Part shown: piece by piece, positions 37,834 to 52,482 of the stretch
How positions within the stretch are numbered: the stretch's first letter is position 1
How the letters are laid out: the number at the start of each line of letters is the position of its first letter
Assembly: GCA_051362555.1 (NCBI GenBank)
Contig: CM120647.1
Location: 8,060,001 to 8,124,000 of the forward strand
Length of the DNA stretch: 64,000 nt
Source of the DNA: Lingula anatina
Taxonomy: Eukaryota; Animalia; Brachiopoda
Direction: 5' to 3'
Notes under the pieces: model-generated
Databases searched by the model: none
What the model saw: the letters and a program-made list of their open reading frames with translations, nothing else
What the model was told of the DNA's origin: nothing
Program-made: the position numbers and the translations under genes

Positions 37834-40800
37834 ATGGCACGTTCAACGTGTTGGAAACTATTTTGCACCACCTTGGGTATCTTGGAGGCCGCTATATACT
37901 CCGCCACACTGTTAGGATGGCCAGCATTTATGTACATCTTCACAGAGGAGGGATTTTACGTGTCCCATTGCCAGTTTGATACTGGAGACAAAGCTAGCAT
38001 TAACAGTAGTAATCATGCCTGTGTTGTTTTGGGGAATTTCACGCAAGAAAAGACCGATAATAGCTTCCTTCATAAGTGTACTGAGCAAGAAGAGATGCTA
38101 AACTTAGTTTACACGATAGCTATGTTCGGTTTAGCGGCTCTTCTTGTGCTTGGGTATATCTATGATCACTGCGGAACAGTTTGTGTGAGGATCCTATGTA
38201 TGTAAGTATATATTGTGTGTAGCAATACGCTTAATTTGACTGTAATTATGTTATTTTTTAGTCCTCGAAACTACACAAGCATTTTACTTCAAAGTTACTG
38301 TAAGCACTGTTGGGTAAAAAAAGGGCTCTTGTCGAAAATCAGCGTGATCGATTTTTTTCTTGTACGTACTTGTCAATGTTTCTCCCATGATTGTTTAACT
38401 TAAAATTTTCATTATAAATCAAATTTGTTGTGTATCTTCATTTGTGAAAAAGTGCGCATGCGTACTGTGCCAAACCAGTCATTCTCCATGGTGGCTTTAC
38501 TTTTTCGCTTCGCTTGAGAAAAATGCAGATTTTATAGTCAGGATAAGTGTATATTTGTGATTATGTCGGCGGTTTAAGAAAGTATTTAAATGTGTTATTT
38601 TACAAGAAAAAATCAATTACGTGGATTATTGTATAATATGACATACACTGTATTATGTGACGATCAACAAGAACCCAAAGAATACATGAGCGATCTGTGA
38701 GAAAGGTTGGTTATTAATTTCATTGTACATACCATTGCATACATGTCTTATAATTTTTTGCTGTTTATCCTTTAAGATGCCTGTGTTCTGGTGGATTTTT
38801 GCTGATGGCATTAGCCGAAAAAGGTACGGCAATATGCAAAATTTATTGCAATATCTCAAATGGTAGTTATTTAAAGAACCATGGCGGGTGTCATTTCGAA
38901 CATTTAAAGGACTCAGTCTAAAATACAACAAAAAGCAGGAGGATCAAAACGATACACTTTGTTTGACATTTTGCAAAACTGGCTTTAGAACAAGTGAATG
39001 ACCGATTTATGCTCATGAGCATGTAACAATATTAGCACGAACTTGGAACATAACAATGTTGAATATTTTCTGATTCAAAGGGACAGAATGGCTTTTATTT
39101 CCTGGAGCACTATTTCACCTGCTTGGTGGCTTCCAGTTGGGTGTAACTGACGTCCAGGTGGCCATACTATTTCCAAAAGCAAGGGCAACGCTCACGTGTT
39201 TGCTTTCTGGTGCAATTGATGTCAGTAGTTTTGCACCTGTTCTGTTGAAGGTAAGGCACCAACAACGAAAATATTCAAAATAAATTCTGAAACTGAAAAA
39301 TATTTAACCATATCCTGCTTTGATGGGAAATTATAAGTAGATGTTGTAAGTGATCCGGTAGAATAAGATTATATCAAGTAACAGCTAGAAAGCAAGGAAT
39401 AGCACAAGTGACAGAACACATTTTCTCAAAAAAATTCACTTGCATCGAATCTAGATGCTTTTGCCGTAAGTACGCAGTATAGTCGAACTATCATACATGT
39501 GGACTCTGTTTGATTGACTGGCTTGAAATATTACCTTGAATATTGTTTTGAAAACATATATAACCTAATTTTTTTCACTATAAAATATAAAACCATTCTA
39601 GGTCGCGTATCAGGCAGGAGTGTCGTACAAGATGTGCATGTTCACCTTTGCCGGTATCATACTTCTTATGTCTTCTGTCAACACATTCACCCTTCCTCCT
39701 AGACAGGATGACGACGGGAACAACATTGACATAGCTTGTTGTTTTAAGATATGCAAACGGCACATCTGCCCCACAACACCAAACATACAAAGCTCTACAA
39801 ATGGTAATGGGGCGGTCGATAAAAATGCCGTGACTGAATCTTGTACAGATGAGCAGCTTGGTGAGCATAAATTTGTGGAGTAAGATTTATTCAACAGCAC
39901 ATACATGTACAATAGAACTCACAATATGATGACATAAACACAAGAGTTTGTTAATTGATATTCAAAAGGCCCAAAGTACACAAATACGCATGCCAGTGCT
40001 CAATACAAAAATAAAACTTGTTTTCAAACATGTTTAATTGGTAGATTTTTTAAGTTACTTTGTTAGATATTGCTCCATTAGAATGAAAAGTAATTGTTGA
40101 TAAGGGTAAGTTGTATATACCCAGGTTAACTGTATATACTCAAACGCGCACCTGCAGTAATCATTCGATTTAAATCATTCCAACGTTAATAGGTAACGTT
40201 ACATCTGATGATGAGGTAAACCGGGGGAAAGCTAATGAAATAATTGACCACCATGATGAAACTATAAGCACCCGTCCTCAGCATACGAACACTGAAAATC
40301 AAAAGGAAGCATGCCTTGACGAGGCTGCCCAGACGGTACACGAACAAGAAACAAATGTCAGCAAAGACGACGACAAAAGCGCCAACACCGGCTTACGACA
40401 GGGCACTCTAGTGATTCTAAAAATTCCTACATTTTGGATGCTATTGCTGTGGCTTATATGTCTAGACACCATCATTGTCACATACCAAGGATGTTTTTAC
40501 GCGATCATCAATTACTTGGGTAACAATGACAAAAGTACAGGTATTACATTATTACGTGTATGTTAATTCTAACATGTGCGACAGGAGTGGTTGTCCTAGG
40601 AATGAAAGTTCGGGTTCCGTATGACAAGTACATGTTTTGGTTAGTCAGAGTATTGGGGTAAATATATGGGACGGATGTCATCTGTACTAAGTAAAATGGA
40701 ACGGACCATGGTTCCTAGCATACTACCATTCCTGTCACGTTGGATTTCTGTATTTCCCTCTATTTGCCTATAATTTTCTCTCACTTTTTCCCCCTGTCTA

Positions 40801-42806
40801 TGATTGTGCTTTAGTGCAGTTCATTTATAATTGTTATTACGTGTGCTGAACCCTGTACGTATCACAAGTGACAGACTGTATTACGAGAAGTCTAAACTGG
40901 TCTTCTTGAGGCGAATTTACCATCTACTTTCCAGTGAAGTCATTTTTAAAAACAATTAATTATTCTTATCCCTTTACAAAATTTAAACTCAGGGCAACAA
41001 TTAGAAATCTTTTTCACCTAATCATAATTATGTTACAGTCAGCACGTATACGGACGTTTATTCCTGGTTCCAAGTGGGTTCTCTGTTCTGGGCCTTGCTA
41101 ACTGGTTTGATGTTGGATAAACTTGTTGCTAAAACAAACAGTAAAGGTGATTGTGTGAAGCAAAGTTTTATATGATATTTGAACTTAACATAAAAGTAAA
41201 ATTAAATCTAATTATTTTTGTAATTAATTATGTCGTCCATCACCTACTCATATTAATGATTTTAATTGCAATTGCATCGACAATTTAGTAACCGGTGTAA
41301 CGTGACAGAGAGTCCCTCATAACAGAGAGTCCGCTTCCCATTCATTTGTACAGGTGAGCCTCGCCCTAGATTTTGAGCCACTTAGGTCAAACTAACCCTA
41401 AACATTATAACTATATAGAGGGCGGACTTAGTGTTACACAGACCTTCAGTTTCGTTACACCGGTACCATCAAAAGGCCCTTATTCTTTTCTGCATCTTGG
41501 TAAACAATGCGCTATATTGACAGTAGGCATGGTTTTGCATATGATTCACAGATAGATACCATTATATTTCCAGATGCAAGGCAATGTTTTGTGGTTCCAT
41601 TTTTCCTGACAGTTTTGCCGGGGGTAATTGTATCCGTAGCTTGTATCACCCCCATCATTGAAATGCAAGCTGTGGCCATTTTGTTTTATTCCTTATTGAA
41701 AACCGGAAGTTTCGCTGTACATTTGGCATTCGTAGTTTCTGCGTAAGTGCACTGTGTAGTGCCATCTATGCATTTACTTGTTCTAGCTTCCTTGCTTTAA
41801 TGGTGTCGAAGGATGTTTACAAAAATACGTGTTAAGTTGCCTTTAATGAATATGTAATAACAATAGTGTACTAATGAGATGACGGCACTTTTATAACGTT
41901 TTAAGCCAGAAGCAGCATAAGGAACATTTTTTCACTACTTTACATATTTTGCCTCTCGTCCCCAGTGCAAGAGCGATGACCAAGCATTAATATCCCATCG
42001 TACTACTATAGTATCTGTCATCCACGTAGCTATTGGTTAAGGGTGCTTACCTACATTTGTGTGCGTTAGACGCGAGAGCAAGAAACAATGCTCAATAACA
42101 TATGTGTTATGTCTTCCTGGATTTTGTTAAGAATGATTTGGATGTGCCTCACAGACACATTTATCGCTGTATAAACCTGTATTATTAAATACTCAGGTTC
42201 CCAAAGGAACACTTTGGAAAGACCTACGGAATACAAGTCACTGCCAGTAGTTTGTTGACCTTTATTGAATTACCAATATTTTCCTGGTACAAAAACATCC
42301 TGGAAAGTAACCCACTCTGGGTATGTAAATAAAAGCCCATTTTGTGTGGTATTCTATTAACTACTTAGATTGGTTAACATATGGGAAGGATATAAAGTCT
42401 TAAGTATGTGACCGAATTCTTTAACTAAATTAGCCCATCATGTTAGACAATTGGCCGGCCATTTTTTTTTTTTTTATTTGTGTGAAAGTGGCACATGTAA
42501 AAAGATATAGTTGAAGTCATAAATGTGTGGTCGAATTGTTAAACTAATACAAGCATGTGAGACGGCTGGCCTGTTTTTTAGTTGTGTGGAAATGGTACAT
42601 GTAGAATGGAAATATTTTTACACTTAGAAATACCTAGATGAACAGAAACTTGATGATGACTCGTTTCCATGATAGTAACCACTTTTTGTTTTGTTTTGTA
42701 GCTGGGAGTACTGTTTTTGGGAATATGTTTCACCGCCAGCTGTCTACCTTTCTACCTACTTTGGCACCGGTGTTGTTCCACAAGGTCTAACAGCTACACG
42801 ATTTGA
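37834..42806 (+). CDS. SLC43-family transporter, copy 2; exons 37834-38201, 38777-38823, 39081-39250, 39602-39860, 40193-40540, 41039-41146, 41574-41742, 42197-42320, 42702-42806
   Basis: All exons are paralogous to copy 1, with GT-AG boundaries and a continuous frame ending ...RSNSYTI-TGA. Confidence 0.9.
41291..41464. mobile_element. Small MITE (accggtgtaacg...cgttacaccggt)
   Basis: 12-bp perfect TIR; TSD unclear. Confidence 0.5.
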
Positions 42807-43626
42807 AATAATACCGTGGCAATGGGTCGGGCCACGAAATGACACAATCTAGCTACGTGTAATGGTACTGGATTAGACGGTGGCCGAGGTTTTACGAATG
42901 GATGTCCACCCCTTACCAATTAAAATATTTACACAAAGACGGTTGATTGAGAAATGTACTAGTACTACCAAGGTACAGCTGTATTTTCACGCTTGATGCT
43001 GAAATGAGATTTTAAAGAACAACTCTAGGCATGTAATTGAAGTGGTGTCTTTAAGTTGGCGTTGTAACGGTGTTCGCCGATACTCGGGTAAAGGACATAT
43101 TTTAAGTATCATTTTTGCCATTTTACCCCAAAACATAATCATTACCGCATCAGTAAAATGACTTTTGTGTAAGTGCAAAAAAAATCAAGTCAATGAAAAC
43201 TTACTATTATTATCAAATATATCTACCTTAGGTCAGTCGTGTTTATGTTTTTGTCAAACACTTTCTGTATATATACCTTAAAACACTTGTTGTTCCCGTA
43301 GTCATCCTGACTACATGGAAGGGAGATTGTGTTAACAGAAGCCAGAAAAAGTATTATTCCGGCACTCCAGCCTCCAGTACTTCATCTACAATTCATTAAA
43401 TTCCTACAGCAATAAAAAAAACGTTTAGTCTCCCTTAAAATTAATCTCAAAATTCCCAAAGTTTCAGAATACCTAAATTATATATCCTCGGTTATCTCAC
43501 TGCAGTCTGACCTGTGGACATTAAGGTTAATATCGCACCGTCCATGAACACCTTATCAGTTGACACAGGTATGTATTTCAGGTCAGTCCATTTTTCTGAT
43601 TAGTATTTCCGCTGTAGACGGGCAAA

Positions 43627-46600
43627 ATGGCAGACACCATGTGTTGGAAAGTATTCCGTGTCTTCTTCGGCATCCTCGAAGCTGCTGTCTACTCTGCCAC
43701 GATAACCGGATGGCCAGCCTTCATGTACATATTCATAGAGGAAGGGTTTTATTATTCCCGCTGTGACTTCGATATTGTAGCCAATGCTAGTTATAACATG
43801 ACGAGTTCTGGTTGTACTGGCCTTGGCAACTGCACGCAAGACACAACCGGAGAAGACCTTGTCCTTAAGTGCACCGAACAAGAAGAGATGCTGAACTTAG
43901 TTTACACTGTCTCTCTAATCGGTTTAGGAGCCCTTTTTATACTTGGTTATGTATATGATCATTGTGGTTCAGTCTGTTTGAGGATCATATCTATGTAAGT
44001 ATATTTCCATCACACTGCGTAAGAACAATTTTAAGGTAACTGTAACTGTTGTAAAGACGACAAACATGAATTCATCTTTTTTTGCACATTTAAGTACAAA
44101 TTAAGATATTAAAAACCATATAAAGATACACGCGATTCGCTCTTACTGACATTACCGCCCGATATCAGCATTATGAGCCTAAATATTACTTACGCTAATC
44201 ATTAGAGAATTAAGCGTCTCCAGTGGATCAACGTTAAAAGTCTAATTTTGTGTTTTTGACGTGTCCTTTAAGATGCCTGTGTGCTGGTGGATTTTGCCTG
44301 ATGGCGTTAGCAGAGAGAGGTACGGTGTGTAAATTGTTAAACTGATTGCATTCAGCAATAGTTCCAGAGTTGGATCGATCTACGTAGACCGATAGCTTCA
44401 ATGGGAATTGGACCTTAGATGTAATATGTCAAGGTTTGACCAAATAGACGGTGTTATTAAAGGGTGATCGATACTTTTAACAGCACAAAATCGGTCTGTG
44501 ATCAATGATGGAGATTGACATTGGTCCACACGAAATATTTTTAACAATATGTCCAAAAAGTCAAAAGGAAACTATCACAATATTGCAGACACAGTGTGGA
44601 ATTAATAAATAGTCGCTTTACAGGAACAGAGTGGCTGTTATTCCCCGGGGCCATATTTAACCTGATGGGAGGGTTACAGTTGGCTTTAACTGACGTCCAG
44701 GTGGCAGTGCTATTTCCTAAGTTAAAGGCGACACTCATCTGTTTGGTGTCCGGTGCCACAGACGTTAGCGGTTTTGTCCCTATACTCTTAAAGGTAACGA
44801 ACACGTTACACATGCAAACGAAAACACTTAATAGCTGTGCGCACCGTGCTGAGGATGTCTTTATGTTTGTAATTGTTCATATTACATATTCGAAAACTTG
44901 GGGAACATTTAAACAATGGCAATATGTCTTGATGTAGCAAGCTGATCTGAACAATCGTAGATCATTATCATGGGAAAACGTCTGTCAAAACTGAAGACAC
45001 GTTTAGAAAATCCATTAAAATATAAACAGTCCATGGTATAATTGATATACCGTTGCTTTTGTGGATAGTTAATCAGTAGTATAGGATGAAACATAATACT
45101 TGCTCTTTTGGCTTACTGTATCTCTTAATTCTTTGTATATATACACACGATACTGTATACAATTTAATGTAGTTGTCATTAAATATCGTTAAACATTTCA
45201 TTTATTTGCAATTGCAGATGGCGTACCAGGCTGGAGTGTCGTACAAGATGTGCATGTTCACCTTTGCCGGTATCATACTTCTTATGTCTTCTGTCAACAC
45301 AATCACCCTTCCTCCTAGACAGGATGAAGACGGGAACAACATTGACATAGCCTGTTGTTTTAAGATACGCAAACGCAATAGATTTACTAAGGGAGTTTCT
45401 AAACATGACAAGGAAGGTTGTTTCACTGGCATTGACAAGGTTAATCAAAATGACGTGGACGAATCTGCTGTTAATGAACAACTTGGTGAGTATCAGTATT
45501 GGGAACCATTAGATAACGCAACGTCTTGTAACGGAAACAATCCTTATAATTTGAAATATTTTATTACTATAATTTTCACACCTTAAATTTAGCTTTTTAG
45601 GTAAATTATTGAATTGATTGATTGAATTTTATCAACTTTTGCTTTTCGTTTGTCCTTATCACCTAATCTGATATATATCTCTCTCGATTTAATTGATAAT
45701 TTTCATTTCAAAACCCCAAGAATTACAGGGTTATTTTTTCATAAATTAAAATTAAATTAATGGATTGCTTAGAATAATACAATTTACCACTGTTGCTTAT
45801 ATAATTAAACCAATAAAACTACATTAGCAGTCACCAAAAACGTATTTTGTATTTTGAGTCAATTCGCCATTCCCATTGGTGTCCTGGAAAGAATGATAGC
45901 TGAATTATATTTAATTAACTTCATGGACGGTAAATAGCTAAGTAGCTCGATAAAATGTTAGAACGTGTGTAAATTTGTGATTCAGCCCATTGCCAGAAGC
46001 AAATACATTAACAAATATATGTTGTAAAGTATAATATTTAGATAATATGCCTGGGGTGAGGCCTACGCCTGTAATACTACGTACATCTTAACAACAATTT
46101 GAATTTAGAACGTTTAGACACTGATTTACATTGGAATTGTCTTTCTGGTTTTTTTCAGTCAAAGCAAACGAGGAGGCAAGTGTGGAGCCTGATGACATAA
46201 ATTGCCACAATGCGTTGAATATGAACACTACTTACCAACATTATATCAATGCCAATCGCAAGGAAACGTGTTTTGACGGAAGTGCCCCGATGATCCACGG
46301 AATGGGAAACCCTGACGGTAAAAAAGATGACGAAAGCACTAACATCGGTGTATTACATGGCACACTACTGATTCTAAAAAGTACCACATTTTGGGTGCTG
46401 ATGCTATGGCTTATATGCCAGGACACCGTCATTATCACATACGACGGTTGCTTTTATGCGATCATCAGTTACTACGGAAACAATGTCAAAAACACAGGTA
46501 ATATATTTGCATGTATATTAATTATACAAGTTTGCAAAGCATGTTGTAGTAAATACCTTTCTTGTTTTCAATGTTGCGTTGTCTGAGTAAATACCAGCTG

Positions 46601-48166
46601 TTTAATATCCCTATTTTAAATGCTTCTTATAACTTTGATAGGAGAATTCTAAAAATGACCTATTAGAGGCCTGAGTTTTATAGAGAAGTCAGGAGGAAAA
46701 GTCCAACCGTTCATAAAGGTTCTAGTTCTATAAACTATTTATGTTACCGTTACTATAGCGTATCATAACCCAGTGAAGGTGGTGCACATCGTGCGTCTTT
46801 GAGGGTATTCGGACTCACAGGTCCGCGGATCAAATACCGCCGACCAAAATTAAAGTAGAGTCGAGTAATCCGCTGATGGTCTCCTAGCCTGCACACTTGT
46901 CATTAAACGGATTAAATCACGGCTCCGGTGTTTAATTGCTCATGCAAGGACGGCGCGTGTGGAGGCGGATTACACGCACTGCTCTCCTTTAACTTTGATA
47001 CGCTGTGCTGTGTTTCCTGACTGTCCTTCCATGACGCGTTAAGGCATTTCACTTTTGACTACCTTTTTAAATACAATGATCAAAGTTATTCTTTTCGTGA
47101 GTAAACTATACCAAAGGTATCATAGAGGATTTTTCAGCTAAGAGGCTTTATTTCTAGTGAGGGTAACTTTACATGTATGGATACTGATATCAAACTTGCA
47201 ACGTCCTACTTGCGCTTTTCCTTCAAGTGACTTCCCTGTAATCCTCATTATGGTAAAATGTTTATGTAAATCTATTGATTTCTAACCCATGATGATTTAA
47301 CAAATATTTTTAATCACATGGCTGACTAGGCTGTAGGATACTTAAAAGTAAAAACGTTTCTGTAATAATAATTTATCATTACCAACTCTCAACAAGGGAC
47401 CTACTTCAACATATTACACCAAATTCTAATTACATTACAGTAAGTACGTATACGGACGTGTATTCCTGGTTCCAAGTGAGTTCTCTGTTCTGGGCATTGT
47501 TGACTGGTTTGATGCTGGATAAGCTTGTTGCCAAGACAACAAAAGACGGTAATTAAAAAAAAATGATGGTATTAACTGGTCGAGGGTTTAATCTGTGTCA
47601 AAATTATGTTTGTCCTTTTGATTTAATACACTTCGCTTTTCGTAGCCTTTGCTAAGTATTGAAACATATGATTCAAATTCAAATATCATATTTGTATTTC
47701 AGACAAAACGCACTGCTTTGTGGTTCCATTTTTCTTGACTGTGACGGCAGGCATCGTTGTATCCATAGCTTGTGTCATCCCCATTATCGAAATGCAGTTT
47801 GTGGCCATTTTATTTCAGTGCATATTCAAATCCGGAACTTTCGCCGTGCATTTAGCTTTTCTGGAGGCTGCGTAAGTAAATTTGGCGATACATTCTTAGT
47901 ACTTGTTTGTACAATATTCTTTTTTTGCTTAAAAATATTGATACACACTTTTAATGATATTAAAAAAAATTGCTTAGTTTGTGACCAAATCTGAATTTTT
48001 TATATCTGTTTCATCATTTATTTGAGGCTACTAATAATTCAAGGTAATTTGTGGGAATACATGTACAACATCCCAAGCAAATCAAACAAAATTTCCCATG
48101 GCATTCTAATCCTCGTGTCATCCAGGAGAAGCAAGATATTTTTTCACTGCTACTATATCCATACAC

Positions 48167-48209
<43 letters not shown>

Positions 48210-50378
48210 GTCATTTATTGTCTAAAATTCATATAAAATGTTCAGTAGACTTAACATAGGTAAAATGAACAGAAAAAATTAATAAGGCCACACTTTTTAA
48301 ATTTTATGGATGACATCCTGCGCGCGCACCGATTTTCGTCCGTTCTCCAAAAAAAAAAAAAAAAAAAAAAAAATCACCCCCCCCCTCCCCATCGAAGTCG
48401 GTTGTTGCAAACGTCGTTATTGAATTTGCCGGAAAATGTGCTTTCTGCGCATGCGTATTACTGCCACGTGGAAATGTGGCCGCTTTGCCATCAAATTCAT
48501 CTCTAGGATTACTTTCAAATTACAGGACAATTAATTATATAAAGTCATAAAGAGAACGGGGCCGTCGTTTTGGATTGTTATGCCATTGATATTGGGCCAC
48601 TTTTTTACAATTATGCGAAAGGCTGGCAGCAGCCAGCAACTATCGCTCGGAAAATTTCAGTGATATTCTGTCCAAAGCAACAAATACCAGGTTTTTTGTA
48701 GCGAAAAAAAAGGGTCGACAGGGCGTCGAGGTATTTGGTGGGCTGTAGGTCGGTCAGGCCACCCGACAGTTTGGCTGCTTCATGTGAGTCGAAGTAGCCC
48801 AAATGGCATCGACCGAAATGACCTTTTATAGAATTGGTAGTATTAAGCATATCTTTGCATCATTTTTTAACATTTCTGTGTAGTGTTCATAATGCTTTAA
48901 TATTCTGAGAGTACAAATAAAGACATGCTGTTTGTTTGATATTTGTTTTATTGATTGTTATACCAACAAAATGCATGAAATAACCTTAAATAGATTGGGT
49001 AATATGCAGCATGTCTATCAGGCCCGTAGCCAGCAATTCCAAAAGGGAAGGGGTTCTTTTTTTGAAAAAGTAGACCATTTTCCATACAAACTTAATGTAT
49101 CTAGATCAAATTTTACCCAGAGTGGACCTTTTCCCAGCAAAAGGGGTGGTTCTTTCTAACCCCCTGGCTACGGGCCCATATATTCATGACTTTTTTTTTA
49201 CCTTTCTACGAAGTATTTACAATGCTTTAATATTCTGAGAGCATGGATAAAGACATATTGTTAGTTTGATACGTGTTTCTGTGGTAAATTTGAGTTTCCA
49301 GCTGTGTACTGACAGCATTCCTTTACTTAAGCAGCATTTTTTTTTTTGGACTGTTTTTTTTTTTCGCCCTCTCGCACCGATTTCGGGGTCCCCAGAGGAT
49401 GTCATCCATAAAAATAAAAAAGTGTGGCCTAAAGTCAATAAATAAATAGGCAGCTAAAATATTAAGATATTGAAATAGTAAAATATATATAAATATATAG
49501 ACAGTTAAAATTTTAAGATATAAAATAGATAGTACAATATAATGATAACAGTCAGTTAAATCAGGTATCAACCTTATTGAAAATGAAAGTTTTTTTTATT
49601 TTTTTTTTAAATTGTCCTAGAGTCTATAGTTTTAGAAATATATTGAAAGAATAGAGTCGTTGATTGGTCTTGCTTGAACTTTATTCAAGGCAGGTACATT
49701 TAGATTATTGTCTTTCTAGTTGCATAAGAAGTGGCGGTTTGTTTCAAAAAATGTCGAGACAGGGTTTGTCTTTCTGAGTGCCATCGATCATTCATATTAC
49801 AGGTTTCCAAAAGAACACTTTGGAAAGGCATTGGGAATACAAGTCACCGTCAGTAGTTTGCTGACCTTCATTGAATTACCAATATTTTCCTGGTACAAGT
49901 ACAGCTTGGGCAGTGACCCAATCTGGGTATGTTTAAGAAACATTGTTGTTTATCGGTACATTATTCATGGCACCATGTATTCAGATATGGTGAAATAAGA
50001 AGATAATAGATTAGTTCCAAAGTATGTGGCCGAAGATTTTCACTAAATTATCCAATTAAGCTCGACCATAGGCTGATTTAAGTTTCGTGAAATAAATTGG
50101 CTTAAGTGAACACAGCATATAACGGGAAATCCATAGTTAAACCAGAGTAATTTGACCAACTAACGGTTGCAAAAATTTCATTGTTACTTTCCGTGATATG
50201 GCATTTGATGGACCGCCTAGTTTTACAGTAATATTCACGGCACATGTACACTGATGACACATTTCTTTTGCAGTTGGGAGTACTATTTCTGGGAATATGC
50301 TGCACGGCCAGCTGTCTGCCAATATACCTACTTTGGCTTCGATTTCGCCCCACGAGGTCTAACAGCTCTGCGATTTAG
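43627..50378 (+). CDS. SLC43-family transporter, copy 3; exons 43627-43994, 44273-44319, 44624-44793, 45218-45485, 46159-46497, 47441-47548, 47703-47871, 49803-49926, 50274-50378
   Basis: Paralogous exons in frame, ending ...RSNSSAI-TAG. Confidence 0.9.
48286..49429. mobile_element. Harbinger-like non-autonomous element (GGCCACAC...GTGTGGCC) in a copy 3 intron, with a nested caggcccgtagccag...ctggctacgggccc MITE (~49019-49177)
   Basis: ~30-bp TIRs ggccacactttttaaattttatggatgacatcct / aggatgtcatccataaaaataaaaaagtgtggcc, with TAA on both sides. Confidence 0.75.
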
Positions 50379-50501
50379 AATATCGGCGTTGAAAAACAGC
50401 TGCCAAAATGGCGGATCCGGAGTAGAACATGTGGTGGCACTGGGGTGGACGAATGATCCAGAGCCACAATAGGATATCCACTGTTCAATGAAGCATTCGC
50501 G

Positions 50502-50539
<38 letters not shown>

Positions 50540-52482
50540 AAAGATACCATACTGATGTCTGGGCTTGAACCCCAAATACTCCCATTTACTCAACTTAGTC
50601 TAGTATTTGACGGCCCATTGAAATAAGAATCTGATCCACTTTGAATTGAGCAGGTGAGCTTAGTCTTTGATTTTTACCCACTTTGGTCATGCTGACTCTA
50701 AACCGTTTGAATCTTGGTGGTACGTTTAATTCACGAAACCCCATTCTAACACGAACCCTCCGCTTTTTCTTTAGAATCACATTAAGTACATTCAGATATG
50801 TACACAAACTTGGAAATGATAAGTAAGGAAAGCATGGTTCACTTGCCTGCATTTTCATACATGTACACTGCAGGTCGAGATATACCACACATTGTAGAAA
50901 CCAGTATAAGGAGTTGGTGTTTGATTATGAAGGATCGTTCCACCAAGAAAAATGATGAGGATTAGCCTGACTTAGTGGGCAAAAATCTAAGAACCCATTC
51001 CCATAGATTTTAGATCGAACTATCCCTGTGGGAAATCTCAATAGATTACTGTCAGCTTAGCCGGCTTAAGCTTCTGTCCCGCCTACTAAAAGCTGTAAGG
51101 CGGTAATTAACTATTATGCGCGCTCGGCTGACTGCAATTTAGCGTGAACTCCCAGGGAGTTAGGTCGATCTAAATCTAAATCTCTGGATCGATCTAAATC
51201 TCTGGGAATGCACCCTAAGGCGAGGCTTACCTGTAAAGAGGAATAGAAAGCGTACTCTCTATCATGGAGTCTTTCTGTCACGTTACACCGAAGCCTGAAC
51301 CACTGTACATTTTGTGGTATGTGCTCACTGTCCCTTTTCATCTCCCACTCTCTTTTTTTCTCTCAGCGCGTGTGTGTGCGTGTGATTGGGTGTGCGCGTG
51401 TGTGTCTGCGTGTGTGTGTGTGAGAGAGAGAGAGGGCTGTCCCCATTCATTTTGAATAAGCTATATGCATCTCCTGCTATAGGATTATTGTATGATACAA
51501 ACAATATCATAGTTCTGCCAAAGGCAACCATTAATCCTGCATAAATTTTGTTTACGGTTGTTAAATTGTGGACGTACACTTAGAGCAGTAGCAACGTGAT
51601 CTTTATGTCATGAATGTAAACATAAGCATGCTCCGTATCATATAATTAAAGGTAATCACGTTTATTGTGTCATCCCTGATTGCAGTAGCCTATACATGGC
51701 CAATTTTATTATAAGGGTTAGTTTAGGAAGTACACATCCATAGTTGCCCAGATTGACCCACTCTTTGGCAATTAAGATGTTTACACAAAGACGGTTGATT
51801 GAGAAATGTACTACCATGGTACAGCTATGTATTCACGGTTGAGGCTGAAATGAGACTTTAAAGAACAACCAGGCACGGAATTAAAGCTGTGTCTTTAAAG
51901 TGGCGTTACAACTGTGTTTGAGGTAATGGATATATTAAACCTAAAACACAATCGTTACCACATCAGAGAAAATAACTCCTGTGTTGATGCAAAGAAACCA
52001 AGTCAACGAAAACTGATCTTTATTACCAAATACATGAACGTTAAATTTCCACAAACATGGCTGTAGGGAATATATAATATAATTGATTTTCCCTGCTCTT
52101 CCAATCAACCCTATTTACCGATCTGTATCAAGATACTGAAAAATCACTGAAATAAAGAGCCTGGTTCACTTTGATTTGCACAAGTGAGCCTACCGGTAGT
52201 CTTACACGTTAGCCTACATATGTCATGCTAACCATATAGTGTATGAATGGCGGGTCACGGTGCAATTTGTTAAACTTACTGTGTCTCTCTTCATCTATGA
52301 GCGAGAGAGCGAAGGGGGAAATGTTGCTGACATTAAAAAATATATGTATGACCTCGCGGCACTGTGTATTTTAAGATTATACGCAATATCGTAGCGTCCT
52401 AAAACACTTTATCAGTTGACACACGTGTGTATTTCAGGTCAGTCAATGTAACCGATTGGTATTTCCGCTGTAGACGTGCAAC

